64,000 bases of DNA, taken from Bacteroidales bacterium (lineage in GTDB: Bacteria; Bacteroidota; Bacteroidia; Bacteroidales; WCHB1-69). Below the pieces are notes generated by a model. That model made no database searches, was not told where the DNA came from, and saw nothing but the letters and a program-made list of their open reading frames with translations. The stretch covers positions 17,514 through 81,513 of the forward strand of contig JBGURX010000052.1 of NCBI GenBank assembly GCA_045132235.1, read 5' to 3'. The first letter of the stretch is position 1, and each line of letters starts with the position of its first letter. This document shows positions 16,012 to 23,858 of this stretch, one piece after another. The translations under genes were made by a program, and so were the position numbers.

Positions 16012-19000
16012 TTACAAAACGGTGATGGAGCCGTTGATGACACGTTTCTCGGCACCTGTCGTTCTCAAGTTAATGCGATAGTTGTAAACCCTTCCGCTTA
16101 AGATCTTGCCGTTTACATTGCCATCCCATTCAAAATGTGGATCTTCGGAGTGGAAGACCACGCGGCCCCAGCGGTCGAAAATGGAGATTTCAAAGGTTTC
16201 GATATCTTTGGTGCTCGGCAGGCGGAACACATCGTTGATGCCGTCGTTATCGGTGGGCGTGATACCGTTGGGCAGGTAGATGTTGAACGGACAAATGTCG
16301 TTGATGGTAATCTCACCTGAGTTGGTGCAGCCGTTGAGGGTGGCGGTAACGCTATAGGTGCCACCGGCAGAAACGGAGATGCCCTGTGTGGTAGCACCGG
16401 TACTCCAATGGTACGTGCAGTTGGAGGTCGGGACCGACAGAACGGCATCGCCATAATCCTCAAAGCAGTGGTTGAAGGTGCGGCCTAAGCTGGTGTTGGG
16501 CAGCTCTTTGACAATGAGGGTGAGGGTGACGGTGCTGTCGCAGCCATACTGGTTGGGGAGTACCAGCGTGTAGTTGAATTGTCCGAATGCCATCTGCGGC
16601 GGCAGGTTAAAGCCGTGCTCGGTGTACCGTTCGCCTTGGCATATTGAGTCGGTCAGTGAACTGGCCGATGTGGGACTGACCACAACCTCTTGGGAGATTT
16701 CCACTTCGCAGCCGTCAGCGGCGATGGAGGTGAGGGTGTAGGTGGTGGTTGTGGTGGGGGTGACATACACGGAGTTGTTGGCGCTGATTTCAACGCCGTT
16801 TTCATACCAGAGGTAAGAATTGCCGCCTGTGGCGTGCAGGGTGGTTCCCTCGCCGCCGCAGATGTCGAAATCACCGGTGATGGCGGGATAGTTGCCCAGC
16901 AGGTCGATGGTGAAACGGGCGGTGTCTTGGCATTCGTCGCCGGCAATACCTGAGATAAGAGTTACCACGTAAGTGCCGGGACCCGGGAACTCATGGGTGG
17001 GACTGTATTCGTTGGAGGTGGAGCCGTCGCCGAAATCCCAGTGGGCGGTCTCGCAGCCTTCATGTGGCTCTAAGGGGTTTACACCGTCGGCCGACACGCA
17101 GCTGGTGTTGTTCATAGCGAATCTCCATGAGCAGCTGTCGCGTACGGGGTCGAAGCTGGCAAGCGGGTAGCGAGAGGTGATGGAGGTGCGGAGGTCGAAA
17201 CCGCAGGAAGCATTCTCCGTAAAGGAGACATGACAGCAGAGAACCTCATCCTGCCCGTTGGGTGCGATAGTGATGGACTGTTCGTGTGAAAGAATGTTGT
17301 TGGGTGAATTCTGGTAGTACCAGGCATAGTTGAAGCCGGCAGGTGCAGTGTAGGTATTGGTGAGCATCTCGCCGCACGACTCCGCCGTGATGACACGACG
17401 TTTGCAGTTCAGCGTGAAGTAGGCGTAGCCGAAGTGCGCGCCCTGGTCGCAGTCGTAGGTGGTGAGGCGCACCTTGACAGTCTGTCCGTGGTAGGCCGAC
17501 ACGTCGAAACCTACGAAGGTCCAGTCTTTCCAGTACAGCGTCTCGCTGTCGTAGGTGGTCTGGTTCCAGCCGCTGGTGGTGGAACCTGAGATGAAGTTGG
17601 CGTAGCCGCAGGTGGCGTCGATCTGGTTGTTGTTCTGGTCGAGAAGTTCGAATACGAAGCGGGGTTGTTCGTCGGCGTCGTGACCGCTTGGGTTCTGCAG
17701 CACAGCGGCATATTTCAGCAGCAGGATGTCTGCGTCGGCGGTATCCACTGCGAAGTTGTAAGCGATACTTTCGCAGCCGTAGTTACTGTTCCAGTTGCCG
17801 AGGCGTACGGAGTAGAGTTCGCAAGGCGGGATGGTGGTGAGGCCATTGCCGGTGCGGGGGTCTTGTTCAGGGGTATAGTGGATGGTGTGCTGGCTGGAGG
17901 CGGAAGAGGGACCGTTGTCCACTACTCCCGTGTTGGTGTAGGGACCGCCACTGTTGGTAAGTCCCGTAGTACATGTGATTTGCGGGGCTGTCAGGTCAGT
18001 GAAGTCAATACAAGGTGTGGCGAAGGGCACGCAGAAGTCGAATCTTGCGGGTACTTCGTTGGTGATAACTCCGTCGTTGTCACAGTCGGCCCACACGTAG
18101 TAGGTGTAGGTGCTGCCAGGGGTGAGCCCGTTGAGTGGATAGGGACTGTGTTCGGCCGTGATGGTGGTGCCGTTGCCCGGTGTGAATCCTTCGGGACCGA
18201 ACTCGATGATGTACTGGTGGATGGAGGGATCTCCTGTCGCCTCATTCCATACCAGCTGGTATCCGTTGTTGCCGTCGGGTACGACATGCACGCCGCTGAG
18301 GGGTTGTGAGCCGCACAGACAGGTGCCGGTGCAGACCACGGTGAGGTCGAAACCATCATACAGCACCGAGCCATCAGAGGTGAAGGAGATGGTGATACTG
18401 CCGGTAGTGCTGGTGACATTGATGCTGCCGGAACCTTGGAACTGTCCTAACAACGTGCCGCTTCCTTCTCCATCATAAATGTAGATGTGGTCGCAGCAAC
18501 TTTCTGTGTTATAGGTGCCTGTAACGGTTAGCAAGCACCATGGGTTTTCAGCGTAGATGGTGATGCCGCTGTTTTCGGAATTGCTGTACTGTCCGTTGGG
18601 ACCGCCGCTGTCGAAGATATGTCCACCGCACATGGTAATGCTGGTGGTTCCATTAATGGGCAGGTTGATGTTCGTGGAGGGGACAAATGAAACCATGGTG
18701 GGAGTTTCAGTGGTGACGACATGGTCGCCGCCGCAGTCGTACCACACGTAGAAATCGTACTGGGTGCCGTTGGTGAGGCCGGTGAGCGAATAGGTGGTGC
18801 CGGTGGTATAGTCGGTGGTGCCGGTGCCGGGGGTGAAGCCGTGCGGGCCCCATTCGATGATGAAGCCGGTGATGTCAGCCGAGTTGGGGTTGGTCCATGA
18901 AACGGTAGCGACTCCATTTCCAGTGGTGGTTGTCAGTCCGTAAGGACCGCCGCAGGTGCAGCTACCCACGCAGGTGATGGAGAGCTCGAAGCCATCGCGC

Positions 19001-19383
19001 GTCACAGAGCCGTCGGAGTGGAAATAGATGATGAGCGAGCCCGACTGCGAAGTGACGTTGCAGGTGCCGGTCCCCGTGAAATAGCCCAGCTGGGTGCCCG
19101 AAGTGGTGGTGCCATCGTACACGTAGAAGTAGTCGAAGCTGCTCTCCGTGTTATACGATCCCTCAAGATGCACTTTGCATCCCGGTGTCTCGGGGTTGAT
19201 GACCAAGTAGCTGTTGAGGCTGTTGGCGTAGGTGCTGGTGCCTCCGGGGTCGAGCACGGTGCCGCCGCAGGCGGTGATGGTGTTGGTGCCGGATGACGGC
19301 ATGGTATAGGTTTGGGCGGAAGCACAAGCCACAGCCAGAATGCAGCTGATGATGCAGACGATTTTCTGATACAAGGAATTCAT
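16012..19383 (-). CDS. T9SS type-B sorting-domain (gliding-motility C-terminal domain) adhesin-like protein, 1123 aa
   Basis: Has a signal peptide, two CUB-like + FN3-like modules, a PKD domain (HWDFGDGSTSNEYSPTHEFPGPGTYVVTLI) and Ig-like Cys-bracketed units. The C-terminus LPNGITPTDNDGINDVFRL...SIFDRWGRVVF...GRVYNYRINL is the type-B CTD signature. Confidence 0.85.
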   Translation of the reverse strand: MNSLYQKIVCIISCILAVACASAQTYTMPSSGTNTITACGGTVLDPGGTSTYANSLNSYLVINPETPGCKVHLEGSYNTESSFDYFYVYDGTTTSGTQLGYFTGTGTCNVTSQSGSLIIYFHSDGSVTRDGFELSITCVGSCTCGGPYGLTTTTGNGVATVSWTNPNSADITGFIIEWGPHGFTPGTGTTDYTTGTTYSLTGLTNGTQYDFYVWYDCGGDHVVTTETPTMVSFVPSTNINLPINGTTSITMCGGHIFDSGGPNGQYSNSENSGITIYAENPWCLLTVTGTYNTESCCDHIYIYDGEGSGTLLGQFQGSGSINVTSTTGSITISFTSDGSVLYDGFDLTVVCTGTCLCGSQPLSGVHVVPDGNNGYQLVWNEATGDPSIHQYIIEFGPEGFTPGNGTTITAEHSPYPLNGLTPGSTYTYYVWADCDNDGVITNEVPARFDFCVPFATPCIDFTDLTAPQITCTTGLTNSGGPYTNTGVVDNGPSSASSQHTIHYTPEQDPRTGNGLTTIPPCELYSVRLGNWNSNYGCESIAYNFAVDTADADILLLKYAAVLQNPSGHDADEQPRFVFELLDQNNNQIDATCGYANFISGSTTSGWNQTTYDSETLYWKDWTFVGFDVSAYHGQTVKVRLTTYDCDQGAHFGYAYFTLNCKRRVITAESCGEMLTNTYTAPAGFNYAWYYQNSPNNILSHEQSITIAPNGQDEVLCCHVSFTENASCGFDLRTSITSRYPLASFDPVRDSCSWRFAMNNTSCVSADGVNPLEPHEGCETAHWDFGDGSTSNEYSPTHEFPGPGTYVVTLISGIAGDECQDTARFTIDLLGNYPAITGDFDICGGEGTTLHATGGNSYLWYENGVEISANNSVYVTPTTTTTYTLTSIAADGCEVEISQEVVVSPTSASSLTDSICQGERYTEHGFNLPPQMAFGQFNYTLVLPNQYGCDSTVTLTLIVKELPNTSLGRTFNHCFEDYGDAVLSVPTSNCTYHWSTGATTQGISVSAGGTYSVTATLNGCTNSGEITINDICPFNIYLPNGITPTDNDGINDVFRLPSTKDIETFEISIFDRWGRVVFHSEDPHFEWDGNVNGKILSGRVYNYRINLRTTGAEKRVINGSITVL
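18034..19305 (-). repeat. Intragenic tandem duplication: two ~210-aa CUB-like + FN3-like modules (aa 27-233 and 236-450)
   Basis: Aligned by eye. TITACGGTVLDPGG...YNTESSFDYFYVYDG...LGYFTGTGTCNVTSQSGSLIIYFHSDGSVTRDGFELSITCVGSCTCG matches SITMCGGHIFDSGG...YNTESCCDHIYIYDG...LGQFQGSGSINVTSTTGSITISFTSDGSVLYDGFDLTVVCTGTCLCG. Each is followed by ...IIEWGPHGFTPGTGT...YDFYVWYDCG or its counterpart ...IIEFGPEGFTPGNGT...YTYYVWADCD. Confidence 0.85.
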
Positions 19384-19511
19384 ATAATTGCGTAATTTAT
19401 ACTCTTATACATAATATTTTGTAAAATGTTGCCTTTTGCGCCCTTATTTTTTTTGAAAAAAATGCAAAATTTTCTCCCCAAGACTCCCTTTCCCATTTCC
19501 AATTTAAATCG

Positions 19512-19519
19512 TATATTTG
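19512..19519 (+). promoter_or_regulatory. -7 promoter box TATATTTG for the acyl-CoA synthetase gene
   Basis: Matches TAnnTTTG, 36 nt upstream of the ATG at 19555. Confidence 0.5.
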
Positions 19520-19554
19520 CCGCCTGTTTGGAAAATATATAAATACCTGATAAT

Positions 19555-21627
19555 ATGATTAATCCTAAATTATTAAATCCGCAAAGCATCGTCATCGTCG
19601 GTGCGTCGAATGATGTCCACAAACCCGGTGGCAAACTTGTGAAGAACTTATTGGCCAGTCCTTTCAAGGGCAAAATCTATGCCGTGAATCCGAAAGAGTC
19701 GGAGGTGCAGGGCATTCACTGCTATGCCAAGGTGGAGGATTTGCCGGAGGTGGATTGCGCCATCCTCGCCATCGCCGCCAAGTACTGTCCCGCCACCGTT
19801 GACATTCTCGCCAAAGAGAAGAACACCCGCGGCTTCATCATCGTTTCCGCCGGCTTCGGCGAGGAGAGCAGGCAGGGTGCGGAGTACGAGCAGCACATCA
19901 CCGACACCATCAACAGCGTGGGCGGCAGCCTCATCGGTCCCAACTGCACCGGCTTCCTCAACACCAACTACTGCGGTGCTTTCGACACCCCCATCCCGAC
20001 CCTCGACCCGCACGGCGTGGATTTCGTGACCGGCTCGGGCGCCACCGCCGTCTTCATCAAGGAGTACGGTATTTCCAACGGCCTCACCTTCAACAGTGTA
20101 TGGGCTGTCGGCAACTCCGCCCAAATGGGTATCGAGGACGTGCTGGAACACCTCGACACCACCTTCGACCCGGAGAAATCCTCCCGCGTCATCATGCTTT
20201 ATATGGAGAAAATCGGTGACCCGCAGAAGTTGTTGAAGCACTCCCGCTCGCTCATCAACAAGGGATGCAAGATCGCGGCCATCAAGTCGGGCGGTTCCGC
20301 CGCCGGCAGCCGCGCCGCCTCGTCGCATACCGGCGCCCTCGCCACCAACGACGCCGCCGTGGATGCCCTCTTCCGCAAGGCCGGTATCGTGCGCTGCCAC
20401 AACCGTCAGGAACTCACCACCGTGTGCGCCATCTTCATGCACCCCGAGGTGAAGGGCAAGAATATGGCCGTCATCACCCACGCCGGCGGTCCCGCCGTGA
20501 TGCTCACCGACGTGCTGTCTGACAACGGCATGGATGTGCCCCACATCGAAGGCCCGAAGGCCGATGAACTGCTCACCAAGCTCTTCGGCGGCTCCTCCGT
20601 GGGCAACCCCATCGACTTCCTCGCCACCGGCACCGCCGAGCAGCTCGGCTACATCATTGACGCCTGCGAGAACGACTTCGACAACATTGACTGCATGTGC
20701 GTCATCTTCGGCTCGCCCGGCCTGTTCGCCAACTGGGAAGTCTATGAAGTGCTCGACCAGAAGATGAAGACCTGCAAGAAGCCCATCTTTCCGATTCTGC
20801 CCTCCATCATCAACGTGAAGGACGAAATCGCCGACTTCATCACCAACAAGCACCGCATCAACTTCCCCGAGGAGTGCGTGTTCGGCAACGCCCTGTGCAA
20901 GGTCTATAACACCCCGAAGCCGCAGCCCGAAGTGGTGGAGCAGCCCGAAATCGATGTGGCCCGCATCCGCCGCACCATCGACAGATGTCAGGACGGTTAT
21001 ATGGAAATTGCTGACTACAACGAACTTTTAGACGCTGCCGGCATCAGCCGCAAGAAATCCGTGGAGGTCTCCAAGAAGGAAGACGCCCTCGCTTTCGCCA
21101 AAGAGGTCGGCTGCAGCAAGGATGTGCCGCTCGTGATGAAGGTGGTGGGACCGCTGCACAAGAGCGATGTGGGCGGTGTTACCCTGAACGTGAAGGATTT
21201 GGACACCGTGAGCAAGGAGTTCGACCGCCTCATGGCCATCAAAGATACCTACGCAGTGGAGATGTACCCGATGCTGGACGGCACCGACGTGTATATCGGC
21301 GCCATCCGCGACGACAAGTTCGGCCATCAGGTCTTCTTCGGCTTGGGCGGCATCTTTATCGAGGTGCTGAAGGATGTGCAGAGTGCGTTGGCACCCATCA
21401 CGGCTGCGGAGGCCAAGGAGATGCTGACGAAGCTGCGTGGTTACAAGATTCTGCAGGGTGTGCGCGGGCAGGAACCCGTCAACATCGACCTTTACGCCGA
21501 CCAGATTGCCCGTGTGAGCGCGTTGGTGCAGGCCGCTCCCGAAATCGCGGAGATGGACCTCAACCCGCTTTTAGGCAATCCGCGCTACGTAACCGCTGTG
21601 GATGCAAGAATTCGTTTGCAGAAATGA
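19555..21627 (+). CDS. ADP-forming acetate/acyl-CoA ligase (fused alpha-beta NDP-forming acyl-CoA synthetase)
   Basis: 690 aa. Has an N-terminal CoA-binding domain (PQSIVIVGASNDVHKPGG), the succinyl-CoA-synthetase-like phospho-His region (AASSHTGALA) and a C-terminal ATP-grasp domain (VMKVVGPLHKSDVGGVTLNV). Confidence 0.85.
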   Translation: MINPKLLNPQSIVIVGASNDVHKPGGKLVKNLLASPFKGKIYAVNPKESEVQGIHCYAKVEDLPEVDCAILAIAAKYCPATVDILAKEKNTRGFIIVSAGFGEESRQGAEYEQHITDTINSVGGSLIGPNCTGFLNTNYCGAFDTPIPTLDPHGVDFVTGSGATAVFIKEYGISNGLTFNSVWAVGNSAQMGIEDVLEHLDTTFDPEKSSRVIMLYMEKIGDPQKLLKHSRSLINKGCKIAAIKSGGSAAGSRAASSHTGALATNDAAVDALFRKAGIVRCHNRQELTTVCAIFMHPEVKGKNMAVITHAGGPAVMLTDVLSDNGMDVPHIEGPKADELLTKLFGGSSVGNPIDFLATGTAEQLGYIIDACENDFDNIDCMCVIFGSPGLFANWEVYEVLDQKMKTCKKPIFPILPSIINVKDEIADFITNKHRINFPEECVFGNALCKVYNTPKPQPEVVEQPEIDVARIRRTIDRCQDGYMEIADYNELLDAAGISRKKSVEVSKKEDALAFAKEVGCSKDVPLVMKVVGPLHKSDVGGVTLNVKDLDTVSKEFDRLMAIKDTYAVEMYPMLDGTDVYIGAIRDDKFGHQVFFGLGGIFIEVLKDVQSALAPITAAEAKEMLTKLRGYKILQGVRGQEPVNIDLYADQIARVSALVQAAPEIAEMDLNPLLGNPRYVTAVDARIRLQK

Positions 21628-21652
21628 TTATCATTCAAATATTTATAAAGAA

Positions 21653-21682
21653 AAAGACCGATATTGACGTCGGTCTTTTTTT
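21653..21682 (+). terminator. Rho-independent terminator after the acyl-CoA synthetase gene
   Basis: AGACCGA-TATTGACG-TCGGTCT followed by TTTTTT, 26 nt after the stop codon. Confidence 0.8.
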
Positions 21683-21762
21683 GTGATTTGTGAACGGGCA
21701 TTGCAGCGCTTTTCATTTTCCTTACGTCTGACCAAACAGAAAAACGCTAAAAATCCAGTGTC

Positions 21763-23802
21763 ATGATTCGCAAAATTTTCGCATTCGTTTTTGTTATGTC
21801 AATGGGGCTCGCAGCTGTGTGGGCGCAAATTCTTGACGGTTGTCCGAGTATAAATCCAGAAGAACTGGGGACAGGAAACACCGAAGTTTACCTCGATTGT
21901 GCTACCATCAACGATGGCGTTACTTTCGTCGCCAATGCAGTGGCCACGGCGCTTGGAAGCAGCGACTATACGGTAGAGTCTATTCCGTATGCTCCGCCCT
22001 ACGGCTATACGGCGGGAACCAGAATTTTTGCCAATGCCACGGATGATACGTGGGGTGAGGTTTTGGATTTGCCATTCACTTTCTGTTATTATGGAAACAC
22101 GTATGATCAGGTGGTTCCGGGTGCCAATTCGGTGGCTACTTTCAATACCAGCGTGGCCGGCGGCAGCTGTGCATGGTCCTATTCCGCCTCAATTCCCAGC
22201 GCCAATCTTTTTACCAATACCATTTTCGCCTGCTATCGCGACATCTATCCCTCCACGAGCGATTACAATTCCGTAACGGGCGACGGCGGCATTTTCCAAG
22301 GGGTGTTGGGAGAATATCCGTGCAGAAGCTATGTGTTGAGTTTCAATAATATAAAACTTTACTCCTGTACCTCTATCCGGACATTCACTTCGATGATTGT
22401 GCTGTATGAGGGCACCAATATTATTGACATTTATTTGCGGGATGCTCCTACTTGCACCTCGTGGAACAGCGGAAATGGTGTGATTGGTTTGCAGAACAGC
22501 GACGGCTCGATGGGCATCACGCCGCCGGGCAGAAACACAGGGGCATGGACGGCTCATGAAGAGGCATGGCGCTTCATCCCCACGGGTGAACCCGAATATA
22601 CGGTGACATGGTATTTGGGTACCGATACCTCTGCGGCCACGGGTATTATTGTGGGAATGGGAGATACGGTCACGTTCTATCCGAGCGAAACCACCTACTA
22701 TACGGCACGTTTGCAATATACTGCCTGCAATGGCGATGAGTTTGACATTATCGAACATGTGCATGTGACGGTGGACACCACCTCTCCCGGGTTGGAGGTG
22801 ACGGCCTCGCAGGACACCATCTGTCCGCAGCAGGAGGTGACCATTATGGCAGCCTCCGATGATGCCATCGTGTATGAATGGAATACGGGACAAACTTCTT
22901 CATCCTTCACCCTTATCCCTGAAAATGAAGTCACTACCTTTGTCTGTACCGTCACGGCCGCCAACCGCTGCCAAAGTGTTGACAGTACGACGGTTTATGC
23001 CGCCGCAGTGATTCCACCGCCGACTTTCATCGTTGAGCCTGCTGAAATCTGTTCGGGTGAAAGCTCTACCATTTCCACTGAGCTGGAGTATTATGCCTAT
23101 TCGTGGAATACTGGAGGGACCGGCCGCTCCATCACAGTGTCGCCTTCCGTCACCACCAGCTATTCGGTGACCGTCAGCGATGAGTTGGGCTGCACGGCCG
23201 ATGCAGAGGCGCAGGTGACCGTGCATCCGCATCCGGAAGTGGATTTCATCGCTTCGCCCGACCGGCTGATGCTGTCCGACAACATCGAGGTTCAGTTTCT
23301 CAATCAGACCGATACATCAGAATTTATCGGACTGACCGATACCTACACGTGGCATTGGGATTTCGGTGACGGTGAGACGCAGATTACCAACAATTACAAC
23401 ACATCGCATTTCTACAGTACGTGGGGAGAATTTGTGGTTACATTGGAGATGATTACCTCGTTCGATTGCCGCAATTCCGCTACCCATACGGTTTATGTGG
23501 AACCGGATCTTGAATTCCCTAATGTCATTACTCCTAATGGGGATGGGGTGAACGATGTGTTTGCAGTCAAGAACTTAAATCTTGAGGTACCGAATCGGCT
23601 GTCTATTTATGATAGATGGGGAAAGAAGGTCTTTGATATGCAGGACTATAGAACTTGCATTGACAAAAATGGCCAGCTCTGCAATCCCGAGTCAGGATTC
23701 AGTGCAGAGAAGATGTCAGACGGAGTCTATTACTACGTGTTTTATTATGGCGGACATGTGAAGACATTTGAGTTTCACAGTTCGTTGACGGTGATTCGGT
23801 AG
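21763..23802 (+). CDS. T9SS type-B sorting-domain adhesin-like protein, 679 aa
   Basis: Has a signal peptide (MIRKIFAFVFVMSMGLAAVWAQ), a Cys-rich N-terminal domain, Ig-like units and a PKD domain (HWDFGDGETQ). The C-terminus is FPNVITPNGDGVNDVFAVKNL...SIYDRWGKKVF...DGVYYYVFYY...SSLTVIR. Confidence 0.85.
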   Translation: MIRKIFAFVFVMSMGLAAVWAQILDGCPSINPEELGTGNTEVYLDCATINDGVTFVANAVATALGSSDYTVESIPYAPPYGYTAGTRIFANATDDTWGEVLDLPFTFCYYGNTYDQVVPGANSVATFNTSVAGGSCAWSYSASIPSANLFTNTIFACYRDIYPSTSDYNSVTGDGGIFQGVLGEYPCRSYVLSFNNIKLYSCTSIRTFTSMIVLYEGTNIIDIYLRDAPTCTSWNSGNGVIGLQNSDGSMGITPPGRNTGAWTAHEEAWRFIPTGEPEYTVTWYLGTDTSAATGIIVGMGDTVTFYPSETTYYTARLQYTACNGDEFDIIEHVHVTVDTTSPGLEVTASQDTICPQQEVTIMAASDDAIVYEWNTGQTSSSFTLIPENEVTTFVCTVTAANRCQSVDSTTVYAAAVIPPPTFIVEPAEICSGESSTISTELEYYAYSWNTGGTGRSITVSPSVTTSYSVTVSDELGCTADAEAQVTVHPHPEVDFIASPDRLMLSDNIEVQFLNQTDTSEFIGLTDTYTWHWDFGDGETQITNNYNTSHFYSTWGEFVVTLEMITSFDCRNSATHTVYVEPDLEFPNVITPNGDGVNDVFAVKNLNLEVPNRLSIYDRWGKKVFDMQDYRTCIDKNGQLCNPESGFSAEKMSDGVYYYVFYYGGHVKTFEFHSSLTVIR

Positions 23803-23858
23803 GATTTCTTCCCAATAGCATTGAAAAAAGGAATGTCAGCTAACTATTTGCAGTACCC

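Noticed and set aside
19648-20853. 401-aa minus-strand ORF antisense to the ADP-forming acyl-CoA synthetase. Similar antisense ORFs occur at 27156-28283, 29524-30534, 30576-31562, 35031-35894, 43924-44874 and 59049-60014.
   Set aside because: All are antisense shadows of confidently identified genes, all share the same G/V/A/D/H-rich composition, and none has an upstream promoter box.
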